A stretch of DNA of 63,010 nucleotides, the filler included, from Nemertoderma westbladi (lineage: Eukaryota; Animalia; Xenacoelomorpha): NCBI GenBank assembly GCA_032718475.1. It is 3 parts of 3 records of this genome, joined end to end, with 100 filler letters (N's around TTAATTAATTAA, not from the genome) between each part and the next. Parts side by side here need not be neighbours in the genome. Positions count along the whole stretch, not along the records: positions 1 to 29,305 come from JAUCBJ010001397.1; 2 more parts are not named here. One strand, given 5' to 3'. Shown here in pieces: positions 12,201-23,043 of this stretch (its first letter is position 1; each line of letters starts with the position of its first letter). A program made the position numbers and the translations under genes. The notes under the pieces are model-generated. The model was not told the DNA's origin and searched no databases. It saw nothing but the letters and a program-made list of their open reading frames with translations.

Positions 12201-15200
12201 TCAGTCTCCGTAGTGCAAGTATCTGAGCTATTGTTGATCTACTTGGTCGAAATCCGTTTTGGCTCTTACGCAGTAGTTTCTCTATGTGAGGCCTAATCCT
12301 ATATAGAATCATTTTATTGTATATTTTGGCAGCTACCACAAGCAGACAGATCCCACGATAGTTTGTTGGTATGCCGAGGTCTCCTTTCTTGGGGAGAGGC
12401 TTTAGTTGACCTTTAGTCCAAATTGGTGGTGGCTTTTCCCCTTTTAACATCCGGTTGCAAACATTCAATAATGGTCTATTTAGCACTCCGGTTTTCCATA
12501 CCTCCGCTGGGATTTCATCTAATCCACTCGCTTTATTATTGGACATGCTTTTAATGCTTCTTTGGAGTTCGGCAGGTGTGAAGTCCCCTGTTTCTATAGG
12601 TAGTGTCTTGTCATATATTTTCCTTGTAGGGCTGACCTCGATGTTTGGTGGCTGCCCAAGCAAGTTGCTGAAGTGATTTTTCCACTTCCCAACACGTTCT
12701 TCAGGACTATCGGCTTTGAGGCGCCCCTTTGCACAACTTTTCCGACCAGATACCTCATTTACAGTTTGCCAGGTAAGTCTTGATTGTTGCTGTATGTGAG
12801 CAGTTGTAATTGCTTCAGTTTTATCCTGTATGTACTTTTCCTGGCTGATGTTGTAGGCCAATTTAAGATCGTCCTTAGCTTTCTCAACCTTGTTAATGTA
12901 CTGTATATAATGTTGCTGTATATACTGTATATCAAACTTGTGTATAATAGATTTGATATACAGTAGTTATATACTGTTACAGTAGATATAAAATATTTAA
13001 GAAAAAAAACGTCGTAAAATAAAAGTTTAAATTATTGAAGGGGGGGGGGGGGGGGGGGGGTGGGGGCACAGTTCAGCTTCATTCCCCTGGGCGTCAAATG
13101 GGCTCGCTACGCCTCTGTATACTATGACCTTTTTCCAAAGGGGGGGTCAGTGTGTGTGTTGTGTCTGGCGCCAAGATACTGTACAGTATAACTAGGAATA
13201 GTATACCGGTAATTGTTCGCTAAGATAGATGGCTTGCATCTACTGCCGCACGAAGGCCACACTCGTGTTAGTTATTGCTTCTCATCTTGTTTACTTTAAG
13301 AAATATGACAATTTTACTAATGTTCTGCTTTCATTTCAATAGATTAACATTATGTTACCAAAATAAATGTTTTTCCCGAAAGAAAGACTATCAAAAGTGA
13401 CACCGACGATGAAATCAGCCACTCAAAAACCGACATGGTGAAAATCTTAGCTACAGTTTGATTTATTATATTTTGACGTAAAAACAAACAGACAGCCAGA
13501 CAGGCAGACTAGATTTTGCCAAAAATGAAAATTTTGATTGACAAAAACTGATCGAAGAAATGAAATCACCGACCATGAAAATCCCCGTAGCGATAATTCC
13601 ATTTTTTAAAACAGCCATAAACGTACTGCTATATTTTAAATATTACAAATAATAGTTAATAGGGTAGCCTATTTTATAATAATTTATTAAGTTGTTTCCT
13701 GTTTTTTTTGTGTTATTATTTACTTTCATCAAAAAAACGAGAAGAAATTAATACAGAAAATTGTAGGATTAAGTTGTGCGCGGGAAGCAAAATTTGTAAA
13801 CTAAATAAATACGAGGTCACTATTTGAAATGATAGGCAAACAATGACTACTTTATAATATTCCAAGTCACTACAGTAACTTAAATTACATCTGAAAACAC
13901 TTTATATTAAATTCACAATTATTATTTTCCATTTGAAGGATTTGTTCCTTTCGAACGCTGTGACGACAAACACGAGAACTGTGGATTGTGGAAGCGGGAA
14001 GGATTGTGTGAGAAATCCAACTCTAAGTGGTTTATGTGGCGGTATTGTACGAACACTTGTGGAGTTTGCAATTTCCTTCGTAAGTTCCAATTTGTTTTTT
14101 GCACGTTATTGCTACTACAGAAGTGTTTCCAGATCAAAACCCAATTTTTTAAATCAGTAATTGGCAAAGAAAGTGTGTACATATTATATTTCTACATATT
14201 TTATATATTCATTTCCTAATTTGACTCTGAAATAAATATCACCGATCCACCGATAAAATTACTCAAACATCAGAAGATAAGTGACCATGGAGTATACAGT
14301 AGCAAGGGTGTGCGAGACGAGAGTAATTAAAACAAATATAATTGTTAAACAAACATGCTCTCTTATTTAATTAAAAGCAAACGGCCAAAGGCGAGCAAAG
14401 CGAACATCTATGCTTATTCCCCAGAAGTTAGTTATTTTCCCAGTGATTTAACCCGCGGGCAGGAAACAACCCGAGGGCGAAGCCCGAGGGTGTTCCTGCC
14501 CAAGGGTTAAATAACTGGGAAAATAACAGTGCGACTCTGGACTGTGACACTATGTACTGTAGGCCTACTGTACCGGTACCTCTTAATTTGCTGTGGAAAT
14601 TGAAAGTTTAGTCATAGGTCAGTGCCGTCAGTATAATTCGTCAGTTGTATTAAATTATTTGGTATAGGCCTACTGAGGTTTTAGGTTTTAGGCTTAAATT
14701 GGTGTGCTCTACGAGTTCTACCGTATGAATTTTAAATCACTAAATATAATATGTACAATACCACCTGTATCAACCACCCTCCGTGAACGCAGATTAAGAT
14801 TCAGTGGGCACTGCTGGCGAAGTAAAGACGAGGTCATACCAGATCTACTTTTCTGGCAACCAACTCATTGAAAGCGTAGTCGGGGACGACCGGCCATAAC
14901 ATATATTGATCAACTTGAAAGGGATACTGAACTTAGGAGAAACGAAATTGCGACAACTATGGAGAATCGGGAAGCCTGGAAGGATCTCATTTCCACTGTC
15001 CGAGTTCGCTCGACCTAGTAGTACAGTAGTAGTAGTAGTAAATATATATACAAGAATACAATAATGCCACTGGAATACACCTACAGGCATTTAATTAATT
15101 TCAAAAAAATTAATACATTTAAATTTCAATATCAATTATGGAATTGTAGGAGTTAATTAATAACATTTTGATTAAAGTAGCGCTAACTGGCATTAATACT

Positions 15201-15921
15201 GTAATATTTATTATTGGCCTGGTCTGGAACATAGAGAGATGGTGGTAACTTATTCCATTTTGGTGAATTGATGTCTCGTCGCGGCGATGAGGGGGGGGGG
15301 GGGGGGGGGGGGGGGGATGGACGCAAATCCCATCTTGATGAATTCATTTCCCGTCTCAATGTTAAATTCTCAATTTAGGGAAAGGAGCAGGTTACATTGG
15401 CACGTTATTTTATCCAAAATAATAAACTAAACACAATAGAACAGGATACAGTTTTATTTTTGAGAGTAATCAGCTGTTATTTGCGTCGAATTTCCCTTGG
15501 AAAGGGATGAATTTTTATTGCGTCCAGTCCCCCCCCCTATCTGCGGCGATTCAACAATAAATTATCAATATAATAAATCGAACCGTTTACAGAGGCTATT
15601 CTATTCGAAACTATAAACAATTGAATAGGGCAGTCTCTTACAGTCTAATTTATGCTCATGTTTGCTTCGAATTATTTTTGGAGTGTTTTTATTTGTTTTG
15701 CATGACTTTCATCGATTTTTAGTGTAGAACTGAATGCAGAAACTATATACCCTGTAGGTTTGTTTTTTACAGGCGGTTTTGAGTCAGCGGCCGAAGGATG
15801 TCACAACGAAGCTCTAAAGTGCCACGAATGGGGTCTGAATGTGACTAAATGTAATTCCGACGCTTTCTGGAGAAATTCGTGCGCAATAGATTGCGGTGTT
15901 TGTGAACGCGACTGGGATTAA
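9242..15921 (+). CDS. Secreted protein with three ShK (ShKT) domains, 166 aa; exons 9242-9314, 10517-10654, 13939-14079, 15773-15921
   Basis: Exon 1 encodes a signal-peptide-like MKKMAFTVKLHILVGMVTFLSTVK. Exons 2-4 each encode a 6-Cys ShK motif ending CPKSCNIC, CTNTCGVC and CAIDCGVC. All introns are GT-AG, phase 1, and the exons join into a 501-nt frame. Confidence 0.88.
9594..9779. mobile_element. Truncated copy of the Mutator-like MITE family (see 56490-56749)
   Basis: AGATAGG-polyG-CTGGACGCAATAAAAA...CTGTAACCTGCTCCTTTCCC, shared with other copies in the window. Confidence 0.75.
10860..13117. mobile_element. Non-autonomous hAT-like element, split by an RTE LINE insertion
   Basis: TIRs CAGAGGCGTAGTGA / TCGCTACGCCTCTG; exact 8-bp TSD TATACTAT at 10852-10859 and 13118-13125. 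Confidence 0.85.
11077..12897 (-). mobile_element. 5'-truncated RTE-clade LINE with an intact reverse transcriptase frame (ORF 11089-12861)
   Basis: RT motifs VDFKKAFDS, GVLQGDTLAP, DFADD, YLGS; RTE-type C-terminus (GRP..TYID). (TAG)n tail. 12-bp TSD GTACTGTATATA at 11065-11076 and 12898-12909. No endonuclease domain. Confidence 0.95.
14431..14527. repeat. Long imperfect palindrome with a GCGAAGC apex, probably part of a non-autonomous transposon
   Basis: GTTATTTTCCCAGTGATTTAACCC..GGGCAGGAA..CCGAGGGCGAAGCCCGAGG..TTCCTGCCC..GGGTTAAATAACTGGGAAAATAAC. Confidence 0.7.
14753..15040 (+). mobile_element. Short 3' fragment of the same RTE family, in the opposite orientation
   Basis: Near-identical to the reverse complement of about 11089-11355; ends in a (TAG)n tail. 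Confidence 0.93.
15289..15542. mobile_element. Mutator-like MITE copy
   Basis: Same internal sequence as 56490-56749, reversed; flanking direct repeat GCGGCGAT. Confidence 0.8.
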
Positions 15922-16851
15922 TAAGACCCTAAGGACCTCTCTTCTCTTTCTATCTCACGAATTTCAGCTATTTATTTACGCATAATATCAAGTATTCAGA
16001 ATTTTGTGGACATTTTTATAGGAAATCAGCAGTCAATATATATTATAATATAATATGCAGTAGCTCGATAATCGCTTTTCATAATATATAATATTTCGAT
16101 AAAAAAAATCACTTTATTTTACGCATTATAAAATGTACTTCACATAAAGTTTAATATTTTGTTTTCGCAGGAAAATAAAGTTTACAAAATATTCCCCGAG
16201 AGTATCATTCCATACCGTTTTTAATTAGCAGCTGCTAATTATAATGCTTGTTGATAATAATTAAATGTCCAATGATTCTGAAACTTCATACACTTTGTGT
16301 GTTGTGGTGGGTATGTACTTATTTATTAAAAATTACTGTAGGCCCTACATGTATGTGACTTACTTATGTAATTAAATGGATTGTTGGTTAATGGTCAAAA
16401 ATATTATATACTTAATGTTGTACTGTAAGCAAGGCGTGACTGTAAGTTAGTGCTGCTATGCTACTACAGTATAGGTAGGGACTCACAGACACTTACCGTG
16501 CATTTGAGAATAATATCATTACGAACTGCATTTAAACTTGGCAAACCTTTGTTTACAATATCACCATCCCTCTCTACTCTACAGTATTGATTATATTATA
16601 CACTGGCAACAATTTATTTAATGTTAAGCCTTATTAATTAAATGATTGTGTATTGGTTGCTAAGAAACATATTGAATAAACAATGATACAAATATAGATT
16701 CAGCGTTTACCTGCCGAATTTAAAGTTTGAATTAGATATTTATTGTGATCAAAAATTATCTGTAATTGTTGAGTGGACATTCAAATATTTAAATTGTTCC
16801 TTATAGCGATGGTTTCTTTTTAAATTACAATTATTGTATGTAGAAGCCATT

Positions 16852-19800
16852 ATGTCTGTGACGGCTGATATTATTGTAACTGTCGATGATTTGGAAGATG
16901 TTGATGACATACCTATTTTGTGCGAATCACCTCAGCCTTCTGGGGCTCGCCGATCCAGCTTCCCAAGAGGCATTACCTACCGCCTCCCGCCAATCAACGT
17001 AAAATACGACGGGCTGAACCGCAGTCGCAGGATTCTAGCTGTGAGTCCATGGATGGACAACCATGCAGTCAGACAGCTCACTCTTTCTAACGGGTTCAAG
17101 TTCTCCCGCACACTGTCAGGCCGCGCTACTCTTAGACCGGTACGGCTTCCTCCTTTAGACCTGCAACTTGTGACGAAATCGTCGATGCTTCTCTCAAAGC
17201 CACCAGTGCAAAGCCAGGCAGGGTTACTCACGGCGGCGTCCAAGCTAGAAGGCCTAACAGTTGCATCCAGTATCGACCCGCTGTCCACCCCGATACGGTC
17301 ACTAAGTCCAGCTCCTTACCTAAATGTAAGGGACGACTTCATTGAGCCCCCGTCTGTGTCTGAGGTGTTGGTTGGTAAAGTCCTGGAATTCTTTGAGAGA
17401 TTTACCTTGAGCACATCTGTTGAAGATATGAGTCCAAAAATGATACATGTTCTTTCGGGAGCCTTGAATGAATTGCCATCCCTTCCTAAGACAGAGGTCA
17501 GAGTGTATTTCTCTGCACCACAAACTGATTTTGTAATTGAGCGATATGCTTTGCTTAAACAGGTCTACTATGGCCTAATGGAGTACTGCTCAAGTCAAGG
17601 ATTGGAGCTAAACTTAATTGATTTTGGATCTATGATGTCTAAGGGCTTGAGGAGAATGCCATTAAATTCAAATGAAATGGAAGTGAGGATAGGAGAGCTG
17701 CAAAAGTGTTCCAAGGTTTCATTAGGGCCATATTTCATTGGTTTTATAGGTGGTCGTCAAGGTCACAGACCTCTTCCTGGGTCAATTACTGCAAAAGATT
17801 TCAAAGATATCCTTGAAGCAGCTGGGGTAGATTCCTTCAAAATAACGGCTCATTATGAATTAGACACTAATTCCGAACCAGAAAATTTTGTACTGCAGAA
17901 AATTCCTACAAACTCAGAAGAAATGGGTGTTGTAAGAGATGCTATAGAAAATGCAGTACAAATACTGGCCAGTAGGTTTGAAGCTTGGAAAGAGAAGGCA
18001 TTACTATACACTGGCTCATTTTCAGAGAGAGAAAAGTCGTACTTGTCAACCATACTCAACTTTCAGGATAATAGTTTACTGTACCGCAGACATCTTGTTG
18101 GCGACTTTGAAAACCATCCAGATGCTGAAAAGTACTGTGACCCAACCGAATCGCCTAGTAAGCAGCTGCACCGAGAGGCGGCATATCTTCCTGATAACAT
18201 ACACGAATACACTTTATTATGGAACAATGGAGATGTAGCTTATACCAACAATGAAGAACGATTAAGAGAGTTTATGGAAACTTTGGCTCTAGATTTGCGA
18301 AAAAAGATTGCTGCGAGTCGTCAAATTGAACAGTTATTGCTGTCCAGAAAGGGAATTAACTTAGTTTTCAATGAGGTATTATTTCATGCTCATTTGGTAG
18401 AGTCAAAGGCAAAACACTTTGTTGGAAATGAGGATCGTCTAGAGTATGTACATGAATTCTTTATAGATCCTTGGGTTAGGCGCCCAGTTGTTGTTTATGG
18501 TAAGAGTGGTTATGGTAAGACAGCTTTTCTGGCCAGGGTTGCTCAACTTGTTCATTCATGGGTTTCAGAGCAAGCGATTGTTGCAGTGAGATTTCTTGGT
18601 TCTACAGATGACAGCACTCGAGTTGAAAATCTTATTGCTAGTTTATCTGAACAAATATGCAAAATGTACAATCTATCAGGCTTGACCACTAACGAAATAT
18701 TTGCATTGGACCTTCAGGGCATGTCAGCTTACTTTGAAGCCCTTCTCTACAAAGTAAGCCTTGATAGTGGTAAAAACAAGCCCCTTGTAATTATTTTAGA
18801 TGCAGTTGATCAACTTCTTCCCCAAAATCGTCTCCAGAATATTATGTGGATTCCTAAATCGCTTCCAAAATATGTTGACATGATATTTTCCTTACACAAT
18901 GACCCAACAGATCCTGAAAATCTGTTGAATAAGTTGCACAATGTTTTGCCTTTCAAAGAATGTTATGTTAAAATTGACAAATTGAAACCAACATCTACTA
19001 AACAGTTGCTGGACAGTTTACTAAAAGAACAAAACCGCAAGCTAAGCAATGCGCAGCGAGATCTTATTATGAAGCATAAGAACTCGAATCAGCCATTAGT
19101 GTTGAAACTCTTAGCTAATAAGGCCGTAAAATTACATTCATTTGATAATGATCAGGCACTTAAAATGCCGAGAGATCCTACAAAATTAGTTGCATCAATA
19201 TTTGAAAAATTGGAATCTGACCATGGTGTTGTATTGGTTTCAGCTGTTTGTGGTCACATCACTGCAGCACTGAATGGCCTCAGTGAAATAGAGTTACTTG
19301 ATGCATTGTCGGCTGACAACACTGTAATTTGCGCTATATATAACGAAGTAAATCCACAATTTCATGACTTTGTTAGAATACCCCAATACATATGGCTAAT
19401 GTTGAAATCAGATATGGCCCAACTTCTGACAGAAAAAAAGATTGATAGTAAGACTCTGATCTCGTGGGGGCATCGACAATTTCATGATGTTGCCTATCAT
19501 CGCTACCTAAAAGATAACAAAGCTGTGAGTAAATACTCCAGTATTGTCGCAGAATTATATATTGGAGATAATTGCATAAGGAGAGAGTTGGAACTCAGGG
19601 AATTAAGATGGCCTGCTGCTGATCGATTAGTCCATCACAAGAGTCTGTTGGATGACAATATTCGTCGTATACATATACTCCCACACCATCTTATTCTTTC
19701 AGAGAATATGTTAGAAATTGCATGCGAATGTCTCTTCAATCTATCATTTTTATTATTGAAACTACACACGTTTCCTATTACAGATTTGCTTGGAGACTTT

Positions 19801-22800
19801 CGATTGGCCAGAAGGCTAAAGGAGCCAGATCTCCTGATATTAGACGAATTTTTCCATATGAGCCATTCCTCTTTGGCTCAAGATCCTAATAGTCTTCCTG
19901 CTCAGCTACTTGGCAGACTAACAAAATTTGAAAAAGGTCATGAATATATTAAGTTTCTCCTGGCACAAGCACGAAATTGGATCATGTATGAAAATATGAG
20001 GACTCCTGTGAAAAGCATAATGGCTCCATTACATAGGTGCTTGCCAGCTCCAAGAGGGTTGCACAGGCAGACATTTCTGGGAGTAACTAGATTGATTGGA
20101 TCATTTGCAGCAGGCAAGCTTCTTGTGTGCCATTCTAATGAAATTGGTCTTCAAGTATGGAGGGTAGAAATGAATGAAGTTCTACATTTTCTTGACAAAA
20201 ATAGGCCAACACCACTGGGTATAGTGAGGTTCAGTTCAGATAAGAAATTCATAATCAGAGCTGACAACAGTCAGAGGTTTCTTGATAAGTTTGACCTCGA
20301 AACTGGAATTCAAACAAGCCATTATGATTATCCACTCTACTTAGATGAAAACATTCAATCATTTTGCATCACAGAAGGGACAAACAAAATTGTTGTTGGT
20401 ACCAGCTCTGGAAACCTTATTGAAATTGATATGGCCACAGGTGAACTAGTCAAAGAATTCTATTTCGACCTCGATAAAAATCAGGATATTGATATCAATT
20501 TGAAAAGCCATAAAACTTGGGTTAATAATATCATTCATACCCAAGATAAATCGAGGATTGTCAGTACTGATGATTCCAAAGATTCTATTATAAACATCTG
20601 GAATTCAAGGAAAGGTACCCTACTTCAAAGTATACAACTTCCTACATCTGCATCAATTATTAAACACCTGGTCCTACTTCAACAACAGGATGTGGCAGCT
20701 GTTTCGTGCTCAGCAAACAAGGTCGTTCTAGTTGACCTACTGACTGGAATGTTAGTCAAGGTGTTTGAGACTGACGGGGGGCACATATCATCGATGAATG
20801 AAAGCAATGCTTACATTGCTGTTGGTTCAGCTAGTGGTCTAATCACTGTGCTTCATGTTGTGGATAAGTTTCGGGCTCGCCTTCATGCTAATTTATATGG
20901 ACACAAGGTATTGGTTTCCAACACTGCCTTCACAGCAAAAGAAGAATTTCTTATTTCTACTGCAGGGGCGCATGAGATCAAGATATGGCATGTCTCTAAA
21001 AAGGAAGAGATATTAGCTATTGATGGTCATACAATGGAAATACCAAATCCTGGACTTCTTATTCATAAACCAGACTGCTTTTTCACAACATCTCTTGATG
21101 GAACAGCGAAAGAGTGGGATATTTCCCAATTCACAAATATTGCTAGGGAAGTTTATGCTAGCAATGAAGATGTTGAGAATCTTAAGTATATTGTTGCTGA
21201 TAGAATCCGAAATACCAATGAACCTGGATTGTTAGTTTCTACCCCTCAAGTCAGTGAAAAATCAAATATTGTAGAATGGCCTACAAAGATTTCTTTCTCA
21301 CAAGTTCTTCTTGATGATTTCAACAATGTTGCTATAGGTATCCCATCAGCAGGTCCTCCAATGGCATATTTTCTTGAAACCGGAAATCTATCCCATTACT
21401 TTAATGGTAGTTCTGATATGAAACTTAACTCTGGCTGTATTATGGGATGTGGCGATTATGTAGCTGCTACAAACCATAACGGACAGTGGCTTAATGTATG
21501 GGAAGTTGCATCTGGGCAAATGATAATCAATCAGGACCTAACAAGTCACCCAATTGGAATGTTGGCAGCTGTTGGATATCGGCTTATTGGAGCTACAATT
21601 TCACAGTTTATTGTTACCCTTTGCTCTTGGGATTTCAACCATGCCTTAACCCATGAAAAATTACGCAGATATAAGTGCGGATTGCTTAATCTAAAGAAGC
21701 TATACATCAGCAAAGATGGAAGATTTGTAATCATTGAAGGGGATGGAATCGATATTGGAGCGACAAATATGTCTTCCATTGATCTAGGTGATGAAGCACC
21801 ATTCAAACTTGAAAGTCAGGAAGACACTGTAAAATATGCCTATGAAGAAGTTCTTGAAAACGTTGATGATAAAGGTACAGCACTTCAAAAATTAGCTGCT
21901 AACATTGTCACAAATGCAGTTCAAGAGGCCATGTCCATGTTTGATAAAGGTGACTTTGATGAAAGTGTAATTGTTGCCTTGAGTGTTGGAGGTGATGATT
22001 TCAGCTTGGGGTCAAGTGATGTTCCAGAATTTGTTCAAGGCATCATTGATAGAACAGTAAGAGAAATAAATCGGGATGAGATGCTATCATCTCTAAGTGA
22101 TGAGTCATTAAGAGCAACCAGTCCATCGGTACATGCGAGACACAGCGTTAGACCTCTAACTGGTGATACTGTAGGATCTTCCGGAGCTGTTGGTCCATGG
22201 GTCGCTGACATTGTCAAAAATGTAGAAGACAAATTGGCATTGCGACCTAAAACTGGTGATTCCATCTCTTCGGATGACATAAGCTTGTGGGTGCATCGCG
22301 TTATTGAAGATGTTTATTCTGAGATGCAGAACTCAATGGAAGCCGCTCATCCTCGCATTGCTCGACTAAAAGGGGAAAAAGAAGTGCCATCAGAGATAAA
22401 ACTCCCATCGGGGCCCCCCATTCTTGGCGAATTGGATATGACCACATTGGATGCTCATTCAGGCTGTACAATCATCCTCTCTGGTTACTTGGCTTTCACT
22501 GGATGCCGCAATGGTGACATTGAGGTTTGGCACATTCCGGATGGCAGGAAGCTGTATACCGCCCACCATCAAGGAGAAGGGCAAGAGTATATGGAACAAC
22601 ATGCAGCTGCAGTGACTGCTTTAGCGGTTTCTAATAACGAAAGGTACATGGCGGTAGGAGATGAGTCAGGTGAAGTTCACATATGGCGACTCGATGAGGA
22701 TTCTGTAACGCCCATCTTCAAATCCACATTGAGTTTCCACAAAAAAGCGATAGTGACGCTCAGCATTTCAGGGGACAACCGAAAGCTTCTTGTTGGCTCT

Positions 22801-23043
22801 GCTGATACGTTCGTGAGTCTATGGCGTGTAGCCACAGCCGAGTGTTTATGCAGTTATCACGGGCAACGTGAAGTTGTTTCAGTTTCCGTATCTGACACTG
22901 GTAAACGAGCCATGTTGTGCTCACGAGCGCGAGATGGTAAACTCCGCCTAACTTTAATATATGTGTCACTGGTGAGTAAGTTTAAAGAAGCTTTAAAAAC
23001 TGTTAAAGCAGTACTTCATTTTGGATCCCTGTTACGAAAATGA
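16852..23043 (+). CDS. NWD1/NWD2-like protein (DUF4062-like N-terminal domain, NACHT NTPase, WD40 repeats), single exon, about 2063 aa from the first ATG
   Basis: VRVYFSAPQTDFVIER (DUF4062-like), Walker A GKSGYGKT, Walker B LVIILDAVD, GLSEIELLDALS and WGHRQF motifs, multiple GH...WD-type repeats. Confidence 0.9.
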   Translation: MSVTADIIVTVDDLEDVDDIPILCESPQPSGARRSSFPRGITYRLPPINVKYDGLNRSRRILAVSPWMDNHAVRQLTLSNGFKFSRTLSGRATLRPVRLPPLDLQLVTKSSMLLSKPPVQSQAGLLTAASKLEGLTVASSIDPLSTPIRSLSPAPYLNVRDDFIEPPSVSEVLVGKVLEFFERFTLSTSVEDMSPKMIHVLSGALNELPSLPKTEVRVYFSAPQTDFVIERYALLKQVYYGLMEYCSSQGLELNLIDFGSMMSKGLRRMPLNSNEMEVRIGELQKCSKVSLGPYFIGFIGGRQGHRPLPGSITAKDFKDILEAAGVDSFKITAHYELDTNSEPENFVLQKIPTNSEEMGVVRDAIENAVQILASRFEAWKEKALLYTGSFSEREKSYLSTILNFQDNSLLYRRHLVGDFENHPDAEKYCDPTESPSKQLHREAAYLPDNIHEYTLLWNNGDVAYTNNEERLREFMETLALDLRKKIAASRQIEQLLLSRKGINLVFNEVLFHAHLVESKAKHFVGNEDRLEYVHEFFIDPWVRRPVVVYGKSGYGKTAFLARVAQLVHSWVSEQAIVAVRFLGSTDDSTRVENLIASLSEQICKMYNLSGLTTNEIFALDLQGMSAYFEALLYKVSLDSGKNKPLVIILDAVDQLLPQNRLQNIMWIPKSLPKYVDMIFSLHNDPTDPENLLNKLHNVLPFKECYVKIDKLKPTSTKQLLDSLLKEQNRKLSNAQRDLIMKHKNSNQPLVLKLLANKAVKLHSFDNDQALKMPRDPTKLVASIFEKLESDHGVVLVSAVCGHITAALNGLSEIELLDALSADNTVICAIYNEVNPQFHDFVRIPQYIWLMLKSDMAQLLTEKKIDSKTLISWGHRQFHDVAYHRYLKDNKAVSKYSSIVAELYIGDNCIRRELELRELRWPAADRLVHHKSLLDDNIRRIHILPHHLILSENMLEIACECLFNLSFLLLKLHTFPITDLLGDFRLARRLKEPDLLILDEFFHMSHSSLAQDPNSLPAQLLGRLTKFEKGHEYIKFLLAQARNWIMYENMRTPVKSIMAPLHRCLPAPRGLHRQTFLGVTRLIGSFAAGKLLVCHSNEIGLQVWRVEMNEVLHFLDKNRPTPLGIVRFSSDKKFIIRADNSQRFLDKFDLETGIQTSHYDYPLYLDENIQSFCITEGTNKIVVGTSSGNLIEIDMATGELVKEFYFDLDKNQDIDINLKSHKTWVNNIIHTQDKSRIVSTDDSKDSIINIWNSRKGTLLQSIQLPTSASIIKHLVLLQQQDVAAVSCSANKVVLVDLLTGMLVKVFETDGGHISSMNESNAYIAVGSASGLITVLHVVDKFRARLHANLYGHKVLVSNTAFTAKEEFLISTAGAHEIKIWHVSKKEEILAIDGHTMEIPNPGLLIHKPDCFFTTSLDGTAKEWDISQFTNIAREVYASNEDVENLKYIVADRIRNTNEPGLLVSTPQVSEKSNIVEWPTKISFSQVLLDDFNNVAIGIPSAGPPMAYFLETGNLSHYFNGSSDMKLNSGCIMGCGDYVAATNHNGQWLNVWEVASGQMIINQDLTSHPIGMLAAVGYRLIGATISQFIVTLCSWDFNHALTHEKLRRYKCGLLNLKKLYISKDGRFVIIEGDGIDIGATNMSSIDLGDEAPFKLESQEDTVKYAYEEVLENVDDKGTALQKLAANIVTNAVQEAMSMFDKGDFDESVIVALSVGGDDFSLGSSDVPEFVQGIIDRTVREINRDEMLSSLSDESLRATSPSVHARHSVRPLTGDTVGSSGAVGPWVADIVKNVEDKLALRPKTGDSISSDDISLWVHRVIEDVYSEMQNSMEAAHPRIARLKGEKEVPSEIKLPSGPPILGELDMTTLDAHSGCTIILSGYLAFTGCRNGDIEVWHIPDGRKLYTAHHQGEGQEYMEQHAAAVTALAVSNNERYMAVGDESGEVHIWRLDEDSVTPIFKSTLSFHKKAIVTLSISGDNRKLLVGSADTFVSLWRVATAECLCSYHGQREVVSVSVSDTGKRAMLCSRARDGKLRLTLIYVSLVSKFKEALKTVKAVLHFGSLLRK

